From Octopus vulgaris (Eukaryota): a DNA stretch of 64,000 nucleotides. Under the pieces are notes generated by a model that saw only the letters and a list, made by a program, of their open reading frames with translations, did no database searches and was not told the origin of the DNA. The stretch spans positions 31,186,001 to 31,250,000 of the forward strand of contig OX597839.1 in assembly GCA_951406725.2 (NCBI GenBank), read 5' to 3'. Position numbers and translations under genes: made by a program. Positions 25,020-38,028 of the stretch are shown one piece after another; the first letter of the stretch is position 1; the number at the start of each line of letters is the position of its first letter.

Positions 25020-28000
25020 ATACACACACGCACACACACATGCATACACACACGTACACACACATGCATACACACACGCACACACACATGCATACAAATG
25101 CATGTGTGATTAAGTAGTTTGCTTCTCAACTTGGTGATCTCAGGTTCAATCCCACTGCATGGTGCCTTCAACAAATGTCTTCTACTGTAGCGCCAGGCCA
25201 ACCAAAGCCTTGTGAGTGGATTTGCCAGATGGAAACTGAAAGAAGCCTGCTGTATGTGTGTGTGTGTGTGTGTGTGCTCTTGTCTTGACATCACACAATG
25301 ATTGTAAACGAGTATCATTGTCATACAAGCAGTGTTGTTTGTTTTCAGTCTTCCACGAAGAACAGATCCAGCTGTGGGGAAATATTAAGTTGCTTGGAGA
25401 CAGATGAGGGTTGGTGGCAGGAAGGGCATCCAGCAGTGAAAAATCTGAAGCAGATTCTGTCTGACCCATGCAAGCATGGAAAAGTGGATGCTAAATTGAT
25501 GATGATGATGATACCAAATATTATCACCTGAACTACACGTATGCAGTTTTCTTATTGGCTCAGTACACCTGGCTGCAACTAAAGTTCCTTTGGTCATGTA
25601 TGTGTAGTTTTCTGACTGCAGTGGGAGCACTATATAATGAGTGAGGGTTTTGTTGACTCTGGTTTGAATTTCCTCTGGACCTGGTCTATATAATAACGAC
25701 CGAGTCACACTTGTTGTTAAGCTCCAGCTGAATCCTGATCGAGTAGATCTATCATTAATGGCATTCCAACCATGTCCACCCATTAGGGAAGGCATTGTTT
25801 AATTTTTTATTGAGTGAATTGAGGTGGATTCGGCTGCTATTTCAGGTTGTATAGAAACTTCTCTCTTGGTTCATACGGGTTACCTCTTCACATCTCTGTC
25901 ATTAAGGGTTAATCCAGTGAACCCACCCACACACTTGACCTTTCTCTTTCATCAATCCTTATTATACCCTCCTGACACTTCTGGTTTCTGTTTAGTAAAG
26001 TGCACACTGCTAGATTACTACAATAACACAATTAGCTGCCACTTTCAGAAGACAGCAACTCTCTGGAGCTTTTGTTACAAACCTCCAACATCTTCTGCCC
26101 ACCTCTCCCTCTCTCTCTCTCCCTCTCTCATCTCCTTCCCTCTGCTCTTCCTTCTACATCTCTGCTGCTTCATTCTTTGGCTTCTGTTGTTATTTTTTCT
26201 GCCAGAATCAGTAGAATTTCAAATAAAATACTTTGCAGTACATTTTCTGGTTCTTTACATTCTGAGTTCAAATCCCACCATGGTCAACTGCCTTTTATTC
26301 CTTCAGGGTCAACGAACTAAATTTACCAGTCTAGTACTGTGGTCAGTCATATCAACTAAATCCCACCCCTCCCCTCAAAATTGATGGTTTTGTGCCTCAA
26401 TTAGAAACAAATTAACAAAAAAACAGTCAACTTACAGAATCATAAGATTGTTCCAAAAATGCTTTATTGATCTAAAAAGTGGGACCTCATTTTAGTTGGG
26501 GCAGTGTGGGATAATGTCACCGAGGGGAAGGCCCTGAAATGGCATACATTCTCACCTAATGACCCCATAAGTCTGCTAGGGTCTGGTATGTGGACCTTTC
26601 AACTGGCAGCACTTGTATCTTTCATCTTCTATTTGTTTTGCCATCAGACTGTGGTCATGCTGGGGCACAGCCTTGAAGAATTTTGGATGAATGGACTCCA
26701 GTAGGTTTTCTTTTAAGCCTGGTACTCATTCTAACAATCTCTTTTGCTGAACTACTAAGTTGAAGGGATGTAAACACACCAACACTGGTTGTGAAACAGT
26801 GGTGGGACACACACACTTATGATAGGCTTCTTTCAGTTTCCACTTACCAAATCCATTCATAAAACTTTCCTTGGCTCGAGGCTGTAGTAGAAGACACTTG
26901 GCCAAGGTGCCATGCAGTGGGACTGAACCTGGAACCATGTGGTTGGGAAGCAGACTTCTTACCACACAGCCTCACCTTCACCTATCTGCAAATTGTTTGC
27001 AAAAATGCTTTGTAGCATTTTTTTCTTAAACACTGAGTTCAAACACCACTAACCCCAGCCTCATTTTTTTTTATCCTTGTGGGGCTGATAAAATACATAT
27101 TACCAGCTGAGGACTGGAGTCAATGGAACTGGTAAACCTCCTTCTTTTCGAAATCGTTAGCCTTGTGTCTAAATTAGAAAGAATTAAATCTGCTTCTAGA
27201 ATTACCAGAACATTTGCCATATTCACCCTCAACAAACTCTTTTAACAACATTAATAAAACACGATTCCTTTTGCATGGTTCTGTGAAAAGCAATGCATTT
27301 TGACATTCGTTCGTTTGCTCCCCCACCAATTCTCTTCTTTCCCCCCTACAAAGAAGCAAGAGAACGTACTGGAAGGCTGCGATCATCTGCCAGTCGGCTG
27401 CACTTTAAATTAACATCATTCCTTTCATTTACATTTGGTTATCTTACTTTCTAAACTCCATATCTTTCTATTAAACACTCTGTCAGTTTGGAGAAGAGAA
27501 TCCAGACGTTAGACATTTCCCATCCGTCTTTCAATATGGTTCAAAAGAGGAAATACCGTTATCTTATGGGGGTTTTATTTGTGTTTTTTCTGTTTGTTGG
27601 TTGATAAATCTTAATCTTAGAGTTTAAAGCCTGAACAGCCATGTTGTTCAGAATTATAGACATAAATATATCAATGTAATAACTGAATAAATTAACGTTG
27701 GTGAAGGGCAGCAGATTTTAGGGGAGAAAAGAAGAGGGTGGGTGCAATCAATTAAATCCACCCTGGCCCTTGAGTGATTCCATTTTTTAGTTTGTTGATT
27801 GCCAAAGGTGAACATCAAAGGTGATCTCAGCCAGATTTTTGTGTGGTGAATGGGCTGTTGTGTATATATGTAGAGTGTGTGTGTATGTATTCATGCTGTT
27901 GTGTGTGTGTAGATCACTTCCAACTTAACAACTTGCAAACAGTCACAAAACAGGCCCCAAGAAACTCTTTTAATTTCTTGTGGGGTTTCTAAAGAAAAGT

Positions 28001-28119
28001 GTAAAAATTTAAGGAAAAGCTGACCTAAAAATCATAAAATGAATCCCAGAAAATTATTTTATTTGTTAATGAGGAAGGGAGAGTAGTGTTCTTGATCTTT
28101 ACCGGGGTCTCCAAGACTT

Positions 28120-29170
28120 GTGGGGAGAGATATAGAGACATTACTTGGATGCTTATAGCAGGGTGCACTCTGCTAAAGGCACCCAAATATGTGGGGGTGG
28201 TGTCCTCTCTATTATCACATGTGATACACAGGGAAAGAATATTTCCTTAGCATCCATGCACCATATATCATGCATACCCCCTTTTTTTTTTTCCATCCTC
28301 CAGATTAACTTGGAACTTATGAAAGCTTTATATTACTCAGAATATATTAAACGAGGATTAACTAAAAGTCTGAAGACAAGATTAGATGTTTAGGACAATC
28401 TTTTGAAAATACTTTGGACAGGCGCAGGAGTGGCTGTGTGGTAAGTAGCTTGCTAACCAACCACATGGTTCCGGGTTCAGTCCCACTGTGTGGCACCTTG
28501 GGCAAGTGACTTCTGCTATAGCCCCGGGCCGACTAATGCTTTGTGAGTGGATTTGGTAGACGGAAACTGAAAGAAGCCTGTCGTATATATGTATATATAT
28601 ATGTGTTTGTGTGTCTGTCTTTGTCCCCCTAGCATTGCTTGACAACCGATGCTGGTGTGTTTAGGTCCCTGTCACTTAGCGGTTCGGCAAAAGAGACCGA
28701 TAGAATAAGTACTGGGCTTACAAAGAATAAGTCCCGGGGTCGATTTGCTCGACTAAAGGCGGTGCTCCAGCATGGCCGCAGTCAAATGACTGAAACAAGT
28801 AAAAAAGTAAAGAGTAAGAGGCAAAAGGTTATGATGGGGGAGAGAGATTTAGTTGCTATTTCTAGCATGCAAAGGCTCCCTGTTGGCTCATACATTGAGA
28901 CAGGCTTCTTAAGCCTTTCTGTCCTGTGTTTCAACGGATGTGATGAAACACACAGGTTTTATTTGGCTGGTGTTCATGCATTGCATATGATACACGTTCC
29001 CAGTTTTTCTTTTCTTTTTGAAACCCCAGAGTAACTTGGAACTTACGAAAGGAAAAGAAGCTTTGTATTAGTTCGACCGTATGAAATGAAGAAACACTCA
29101 GAGTCTGAAGACAAGCATTGGTGTTAAAGGATAAACTTATGGAAATGGTTTGGACAGGCAAACAGCCAGG
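28120..29170. repeat. Old ~330 bp tandem duplication separated by a later SINE insertion
   Basis: (Y)nCAG-A(T/G)TAACTTGGAACTTA...AAGCTTT.TATTA...AGTCTGAAGACAAG...TTTGGACAGGC at 28280-28423 and 29005-29159. Confidence 0.75.
28421..28820 (+). mobile_element. Full-length tRNA-derived SINE (family A), young copy
   Basis: Pol III A box (TGGCTGTGTGG) and B box (GGTTCAGTCCC), CORE-like GGCACCTTGGGCAAGTG, central (TA)/(TG) microsatellite, 3' module ending TGACTGAAACAAGTAAAA. More than 15 related copies in the window. Confidence 0.9.
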
Positions 29171-29897
29171 GTAAAGGTTTAAGTCTGCCAGCCAAGATTA
29201 AGTCTGTCTCTGAGGATTAACTCTGCTCTCGAAATGTAATGGTATTAAGATAATCTGACAGAGGAACAGGATGAAGGAGCGTAAATATATGTCTTTGAGG
29301 AGAGGATTTATGAGAGCAGAAACCATTTCTTTTAAGTGTGTGTGTGTGTGTGTGTGGGGGGGGACATCAGTAGTAAATGGATGAGAATTAGCAGAAAAAG
29401 GGGTTACATGGTTAATTAAGAGGAACAGGGGAGAACAACAGCAACAACCAGAGGGTATTTCTAGAATAAAAAGGACCTTAAACCTCATCACTTAAACAAG
29501 GAGAAACCATAACAGTAAGATTAAACTGTTTAGCATTCAGATTACTCTGTCAAATCTTCAGATTATTTAATTACATTGTTTTGAATTAATCCTGTAGGAA
29601 TGGCTGCGTGGTAAAAAGTTTGCTTTCCAACTACATGGTTCTGGGTTCAGTCCCACTGTGTGGCACTTTGCCTAAGTGTCTTCTGTTATAGTCTTGGGCT
29701 GACCAAAGCCTTGTGAGTGGATTTGGTAGATGGAAATTAAAAGGAGCCCTGTTGTGATATTATTTATATATATATATAAATTCATAAATGAGGGTGAAAA
29801 ATTAGATATTAATTTAATAATACCATCAGTTTAACACCAAGTGGCTTAGCACATAAAAAACCAGGGAGACAATACAAATATACATAAATATAACTCT

Positions 29898-29979
<82 letters not shown>

Positions 29980-31386
29980 AGTCATTATTCAGTTTATTTC
30001 AAGACATTATTAGGCAGGTGTGAGAGGCCTGATCCAGCCAGTTTGAACATAAAACAATATTTTGGCAGGAAATGGCCAGTTTCAATGATAGGGGCTTACT
30101 TTGTCATATACCCTAGTGTGCACTTCACTGTTCAGCTTTCCTGCAGCAGGCACGTCTAGGTATATCACCTGTCAGTTAGTCTTCGTTATATTAACCAGAA
30201 TTTCTTCAACACAATTAAATATGTTGCTTCTCATTTGATCAAAGTGAAAACAGATAAAAACACAAAGTTTGATGGGAAGTTTAACAAAACAAAGAAACTT
30301 TTTTTTTTGTTTTTTGTAAGATTTTTGTTTTGTGATTCTTTGGAAAACTTTTCTTTGATGGTTTGTTGTTTATTGTTGTTTGTTTGAAATTTTCTTTTTT
30401 TTTTTTTAAATTTTCCTGTGTATTTTTTACTGTTTTTGAAACATTAGCTAAAAACAGGTATTTATATATAAACACACATACCTGGACATTGTTACAGCAG
30501 ATAGAATATCAAATGCCATGAATGTTATTCGGATTGTTTATTATAAACATGTTGGAGATTTAAACATCCGGCTAAAAGTCAGTCAATACAAAAACAAAAA
30601 CAAAAAAACATGGTTGTATAAAACAACAAAAACAAGAACAGTGTCTTTTGTTTTTGTTAATTTGTAATTCAACAATAGTTTCGAAAAGCATTTAATACCT
30701 CTCTGTGTCCAATGAACAAATGAGAGGAACTGAGACTCTAAGAGGTTGTTCAGTTTGCAAGAAATAGTAGTCAAATATCCCTCAACTCACTCTTTACTGT
30801 CATAACAAAAATGAAGAGTACAGTGAATGATATAATACCAGATAATTAAGAAAATGTTATGGAATCGACAAATGCCATATTCCTCCTATGTCAGTTTGAA
30901 ATTAGTCAAAATTTCAAAATTTACCAAATAACTTTTGTTGTTTGAATTTCTCTGACTCTAGTCTTTATTAGGTTTGTGTTTGTGTTTGTGTGTTTCAACG
31001 TCTTTTTTTGTCTTTTTCTGTGTATATGCATTTGTCACCTTAGTTCTGTACGTAAGACACGTGGACATCTTCACCATCTTTTCTCTCTCTCCCTATCTCT
31101 GCGGTAGCCATTTATCTCCTCTACTGCAAGACACCTGTTCCTGCCCCTCTACTCATCACCTGCTACTGAGCCACCTCCCCTTGATACTACATCTCACCTT
31201 ACTTAAGGGGTCTTTGCCTTGCAAGTCACCTGGTAACCTCACTGGTGCTGGTGCCACGTAAAAAAAAACCCACCCAGTATACTCTGTAATGGGGTTGGTG
31301 TTAAGAAAGGGTCTCTGGCCCTAGAAACTGTGCCAAAGCAGATACTGGAGTAAGATCCTGCTTTCTGGTTTGACAGGAAATGGCAT

Positions 31387-31470
31387 GCCACCCGAACCAG
31401 GCCACCCGAACCAGGCCACCCGAACCAGGCCACCCGAACCAGGCCACCCGAACCAGGCCACCTGAACCAT
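31387..31470. repeat. 14-bp tandem repeat (GCCACCCGAACCAG) x6
   Basis: Five perfect units and one variant, inside a degenerate family C tail. Confidence 0.95.
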
Positions 31471-32744
31471 ACCAGCATGGAATACATTATGATGATGATG
31501 ATTGTGTGTTGTAGTGTCTGTCTGTATGTTTTCCTTTCTGTATTTTTTGTATTTTTGTCCTTCCTTAGCCAATACATGTGTTCAATAGAATAATACTCCC
31601 TGGTATTGACCAATTATTCATTCATTGCTCTTGGCAGGGTTTGAACTCACAACATAAACTGTCGTAACTAAATATATCAGAGTATCTAATCAGATGCTCA
31701 GATGTTATACAGTATTCATTACTTCCTCACACATTTTAATTAAAATTAGCATTAATGAAATAATGACTTTTTAATTAATAACATACTTTGGGAGATGTAA
31801 TAAATTAAAAATATAAAATTAAACAAACAAAATGAAATTTTTCAGAAAAATGAACCCCCCCCCCCCGAAAATTGTTAATTCTTTTGGTTTGACATCTGTC
31901 TTTACTTCTGTCTGTCTGTGTGTCCCTTTAACTTTGTATGTGGTGCATGTGTGTATGAGTTTGTGTACATGTAGAAATGTCCACACAAAGAATAAGTCCT
32001 GGGGTTGGTTTGCTTGACTAAAGGCAGTACTCCAGCATGGCCACAGTCAAATGATTGAAACAAGTAAAAGAATATATGTGTGTGTGTATCTATTCTATCA
32101 CAATGTATGTATGTATTTGTGTGTGTGTGTGTGTGTGTGTACTTAAGTATGAAACAGGAATTTGGAAGAGAGTAAGTTGAAACCGAAAATGGCTGAAGTT
32201 CAAGCTTCTGGATTCTTGCTGGAAATTCTCAACAGTGACTTATTTATTCTCTAAACAGTCCCATTCTTTTATTCCAACCATTCTACCATCTTGTACTCAG
32301 GGATTCTTCCAGCATTACTTTGCTGAGTTTGGGGAAAGCTGTTTTGCTGATGAGGTCAGAATAACGCAGGAGTTGTCCCTTTTGTTCAGCAAAACAATAA
32401 ATATTATACTTTAATCCTAACATGATGGAGAAGTCAGGTTATCCCTGCAATAAACCCAATTTGTAGATATGGAATAAAGGAAATTGTAGATTGATCAAAT
32501 ATTCCTTAAAGATTAACGAATTGATCAGTGATAATTTTCCAATACTTTAAACAAATGGATATGATTCTATTTCCTGTTGATTTATTTTAAATCAACATTT
32601 TTTTCATCCAAAGACCAAAACAAAACACATTGCAAGTCTAATAAAACGTTTCGTTCACGTTTTCTACGCAATTTAATGCCATCAGTTGTATTTGTGATAT
32701 TCCCAACATTATGTTTACACTAGCACACTCTGGTGTTGAGTAAT

Positions 32745-33165
32745 GCAGACTCAACTGAGAAATTTGTGAGTGAGACTTGACAAGGAAAAGTTTGAGCCCA
32801 ATTCAATAAGGAAATTTGTAAATGCAACTCAATAAGGATTTGTATGAATATCACTCAACTTGGAAATTTGTGAGTGAGACCCAACTAGGAAATTTGTGAG
32901 TGAGACTCAACTAGGAAATTTGTGAGTGAGACTCAACTAGGAAATTTGTGAGTGAGACTCAACTAGGAAATTTGTGAGTGAGACCCAACTAGGAAATTTG
33001 TGAGTGAGACCCAACTAGGAAATTTGTGAGTGAGACCCAACTAGGAAATTTGTGAGTGAGACTCAACTAGGAAATTTGTGAGTGAGACTCAACTAGGAAA
33101 TTTGTGAGTGAGACTCAACTAGGAAATTTGTGAGTGAGACTCAACTATGAAATTTATGTGCGAGA
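32745..33165. repeat. 26-bp minisatellite (AGGAAATTTGTGAGTGAGACYCAACT)n
   Basis: 11 near-identical units at 32861-33146, with degenerate units on both flanks. Confidence 0.95.
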
Positions 33166-33458
33166 TTTGCACATAAAAATTCCTGAGTCCACATTATTGA
33201 ATTTACTTAACAAGAATAAATTGTTCCGACTCTTTTCATCCACTGAATGTTTCTTCTTAGTTCCAACCTAGCTTTGGTTTATTCTGACACCTCCAAGTGA
33301 GATTGAGATAAGAACATTAACATTTTTTTCAGGGTTTTTTCCACCTCCTTCTAATCTAATTTGAAGAAAATTCCAGTTCTTTTGTGTCTGCCTTTTTTAC
33401 TGTATTTCTCTATACCTTTCTTTCTTTCTTTCTTGTGTTTGGTTTTTTTTTTTTTCAG

Positions 33459-33518
33459 ATTGCTGGTACGGGGGAGGTTTTTTCCATTCCTGCCGGCAGT
33501 AAACCTATCTTGAATAAA
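33459..33518 (+). other. Candidate terminal exon of an unidentified transcript
   Basis: About 75 nt pyrimidine-rich tract plus CAG acceptor; phase-1 reading xCWYGGGFFHSCRQ-TAA (stop 33500-33502), with AATAAA at 33513-33518. Confidence 0.3.
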
Positions 33519-34909
33519 TACCGTATCACTATTTCTTTAAAAAAACAGTTTAGAGAGAAAGCTGCCTCAAGTGTAATTCACACCAGTCTAGTAATAACTC
33601 ACAAACTATTTAACAAGAAATCCGTGTCTCTTTTGAATTCCCCAGAAATTCTGGTTGTTTGTTGTAACCATCTGATTTGCCTCCGTAAACCATCAACCAA
33701 ACATGTTTCCTCTCCAATTCTTCCCAGACCAATTCCAGTCGATTCCAATTCCAGTCGATTCCAATCATCTGAAAATTCGTTTCTTTTGTTCTAAGATGTT
33801 GATCTCGATCTAAAGATTGTTATCACTTTTTGGGATAATAATTTCTTGCAGACTCCATTCCGGTTGACAGGAGATGCTGGAATGTCTGCCACAATATCTT
33901 ATAATATTCAGATGGGTTTTATTCTTTTACTTGTTTCAATCATCGGACTGCGACCATACTGGAGCACTGGCTTGAATAATTTTTAGTCGAATGAATCGAC
34001 CCCAGCACCTTTTTTTTTTAAAGTCTGGTACTTATTCTATAACTCTCTTTTACCGAACCACTAAGTTACAGGGATGTAAACATGCTAACACTGGTTGTCA
34101 AGCAGTGATGGGGGACAAGCACACACACACACACACATGACAAGCTTCCAGTTTCCGTCAACCAAATCCACTCACAAGGTTTTGGTTGGCCTGAGGCCAA
34201 AGTAGAAGAGACTTTCCCAAGGTGCCACAGAGTGGGAATGAACCTGAAATCCCTGGTAGTTGGGAGTCAAGCTTCTTACCACACAGCCATATCTGTGCAT
34301 GTATGTCTCTGTATGTTCTGAGTCAAAATCCAGCCGAGGTAGACCTTTCCTTTTATCTTTGTGAAGTCAATGAAATAAAATACCAATTACACAAGAGCAC
34401 TCCCCTCCCCCCCGACCCCTGTCCTTCCCAAACTATTCAGTCTGTCTGTGTGTCAGCTTATTGGATTTGATATAAAGTAATGAGAGGCTAAAATCACAAT
34501 AATCCAGGACAGTTAGAACTGCTGCCTCTCCTAAAAAAGTCTTAAAACTTCTGGAATGTGCCTCATATATATCAGCATCATCATCATCATCATCATTGTT
34601 TAATGTCCATTTTCCATGCTGGCATGTGTTGGACAGTTTGCCAGAGGACTGGCAAGCCAGGGGGCTGCACCAGGCTCCAGTCTGATCTGGCAAGATTTCA
34701 AGTTGTTAGCTCTTGTAGTTTTAACATTCCTGCGTGTAACTCTAAAGTTCACTGTTTTTCTGCTGCTGTCTTAACAAGTCTGAGAGGAGCAACTTGAGGA
34801 ACCTTCACAGAAACACAACTTCCAGCTGTTTGTGGCAATCATTTTGTTAAATGGTTTCTCTTGGTGGAAACTGACAGACAAACTAATTTCATTACAACAC
34901 TCAAAATTG

Positions 34910-34954
<45 letters not shown>

Positions 34955-35011
34955 ACACACATGCATATATATATATATATGTATATACACACACACACAC
35001 ATATATACATA

Positions 35012-35423
35012 CGGTAACGTTTTTTTGCCACTATAACATGGTTGTTCTATAAAAAAACTACATTTCAATCTCAGGAGAACATCTTTTCCAACTGGTTAAC
35101 GACATACACAGCCTGTGTCTGACATATTGTGAGTAAGAGAGCAAATCACTCCCTTCCAGCTTGGCAAGACCAGTAGACCATGGTTTCTGGGTCCTTACCC
35201 TTCATTAGTACTGGACACCTATCTGCTAGAGATGGCAGTTAATCGTCCTTAATTACAGTATATAAACAGAAACCCGAAGGGAGTGATTCGCTCCCTTACA
35301 ATATACTGGAGACGAGTTGTGTATCATTAACCTGCTGGAAAAAGACGCTTTCCTGGGGTTAAAATCTAGTAACCCTATTTTTTATAGAACAGTCATGTTA
35401 TAGTGGCCCCCAAACCATTACTG
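35012..35423. mobile_element. Foldback MITE with ~145 bp inverted arms, Tc1/mariner-like CRGTAA ends
   Basis: GCCACTATAACATGGTTGTTCTATAAAAAA vs TTTTTTATAGAACAGTCATGTTATAGTGGC; GAGCAAATCACTCCCTTC vs GAAGGGAGTGATTCGCTC; TA on the left flank. Confidence 0.8.
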
Positions 35424-35481
35424 TCTAGTATTGTTACTACTTATTTCTCGTTTAGAGATTTTACAGCCAGCTATTTTGCTC

Positions 35482-35539
<58 letters not shown>

Positions 35540-36130
35540 TTCATACATCATACATATATAGATATATACAAACACATATATGTACATGTATATATGTATG
35601 TGTGTGTGTATATACATATATATAATAATAATAATATTTTAATTTATATATATATATCATTGGATGGTTTGACTGAGGTCAAGTCTGACTGGGTTGGATG
35701 GTTTGACTGAGGTCAAGTCTGACTGAGGCTCCAATCTGATCTGGCTGTGTTTCTACGGATGGATGCCCTTCCTAACGCTAACCACTCCGAGAGTGTAGTG
35801 GGTGCTCTTTTTACATGCCACCAGCACAGGAGCCAGTCAGGTGGGCCTGGCATTGATCATGTTTGCACAGTGCTTTTTATGTTCCACCAATACAGGAGCC
35901 AGTCAGGGGGTACTGGAATCAGCTACGTTTGGATGGTGGTTTTCACATGCCACCAGCACGGGAACCAGTCAGGCGGCCTTGGCATTGATCACATTCGGAA
36001 ATGAAAAAAATGGTAAGGTAAAGAAACATACGACATGACATATACTGAGTGTAAAACCAGATGGGGGACAAGCACAGAAGGTCCCTAATTCTTCATCAGT
36101 TAGCTACCAATTGCTGATACACAGTTTCGT

Positions 36131-36161
<31 letters not shown>

Positions 36162-36187
36162 CATAAACATATATATGCGCGCGCGCA

Positions 36188-36245
<58 letters not shown>

Positions 36246-37744
36246 TGTGAATATGTTTATATGTATTTATACATATATACACAAATATATGCATTGTGTA
36301 TGTATATATGAATATATATTTATATCCACATATACATACACAATACATATATTAAGACATGCACACTCACATATGTGGTACACATAAATATATGTACATG
36401 TATGTGTGCACACGTGCATGTGTGCGTGTGTGTAATTATCACTGCCCTCCCTACCCCACCCACTCCTCAATACCACACACACACACACACAGTATCACAA
36501 ACATTTTAATCATCATCATCAAAAACACTCCTACCATGACCACCATCACCACCACCACCAAGGAGTCAGAACAAACACCCCATCCCCACCCACCCACTCA
36601 CTTCCCAAAAGCCACAGATTTTGCCCCCTTCTCTTCTCCCCCTCCTCTTCCTACCCTTTCTGTTGGCGTCGGCGTTGGTGACGTCACCTTCTCCTAAAAG
36701 TATATTTATGCTCTCCCAACAAACAACCACAAATTTGTTAACCCTCTCCCACCCCCCAGTCCCCACCCGACCCCCACCCACTCATCTCAAGGAGGAAATT
36801 TTTTTTTTTTTCCTGCTGAAAAGAAAGATTGTTTTGTAGAATGACAAAACTTTTTCACCAAGGACTCTGACTGCCATGGTGATGGTGGAGGAAGAGATGA
36901 TGATGCTGATAATGATGGTGATGATGATGGTGATGATGATGGTGATGATGATGATGATGGTGATGGTGGTGGTGGTGATGAGGAAGAAATGGAAGAAGAA
37001 GAAATAATGTTTTTGGAGGGAAAATTTGGCTGAAATGAAAAGCCATATTTTTTTTTCTTCTGATGAAGTGAATGACGTCACAGAACAACAGCTGTTTTAG
37101 GGGAGAAATACTTTGAGGTGTTGTGGGGTGGTGGTGGTGGAGTAGATGGAGTGGGTGGGGGTTTTGGTTTTGTTAATTGCTGTATAGGTGCAGGTGTGGC
37201 TGTGTGGGAAGAAGCTTACTTCCCAACCACATGGTTCCAGGTTCAATGGCACCTCGGGACAAGTGTCTTCTGTTAAAGCCTCAGGCTGACCAAAGCCTTC
37301 TGCATAGATTTGGTGGATGGAAACTGAAAGAAGCCCATTGTTTATATAAGCAATGGAGGCAAAGTGGCTGAGTTCCTTTCGAGTGCTGGGCCCCACAGAA
37401 GCAATGACCGAGACCTTTGGCATTATGTCAGGATTGAGAAGAAGACCCATCAAGCCTAGGAAAATCGCAATCATGGTAGAAACTGGTGTCATGCAAATGG
37501 CACCTGTGAAGTGGCATGTAAAAGCACCCATTACACTCCCAGAGTGGTTGATATTAGGAGGGGCATCTAATCATAGAAAACCATGCCAAATCAGACTGGC
37601 GCCTGGTGCAGGTTCCAGCTCACCAGCCTTGGTCAAACTGTCCAAACCATACCAGCATGGACAATCCTTCATTCTTACCTAATTTTCCTTCACCTGTTGT
37701 CATCTATGTACAACTTTGGCCAAACCTGTTCTGACTCTCTAAAC

Positions 37745-38028
37745 CAGGGTTTCCCAATCATTTTTTATCTACGGACCCCTTTGATTTCTATCTTATTCTG
37801 GTGAAATCCCGGAGAAACTTCCTTCAAAATTCCTATCTTGCTTTTCCACCCATTCGCTTGTGTTGGTTGAATTATGTAAAACGTTAGAGAAAGAAACCCA
37901 GCTGTTCCTTGCACTGCAGACCAATACATACATCTAAAGCAAAATGTATTCAGGGGCCCTTAAAAATATTTACTATTTTGTTGCATGGAACCCAAAAATC
38001 TTATATGGACCCTAGCTGAGAAACACTG
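37745..38028. mobile_element. hAT (Charlie-like) MITE with intact 8-bp TSD
   Basis: TIRs CAGGGTTTCCCA / TGAGAAACACTG; perfect 8-bp duplication CTCTAAAC at 37737-37744 and 38029-38036. Confidence 0.9.

Noticed and set aside
25824-26384. 186-aa hydrophobic ORF
   Set aside because: Non-ATG start, composed of a CT-rich tract plus decayed SINE sequence; no splice or homology support.
28421-28495. Possible tRNA genes (also 14455, 22313, 23249)
   Set aside because: A/B boxes are present, but I see no complete cloverleaf, and each continues into a multi-copy SINE body.
31239-31613. ORFs with repeated WFGWPGSGGLVRVA peptide
   Set aside because: Direct consequence of the 14-bp tandem repeat (42-nt period).
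32745-33165. CRISPR-like regular repeat array
   Set aside because: Units are contiguous with no unique spacers, there are no cas genes, and the context is eukaryotic: a minisatellite.
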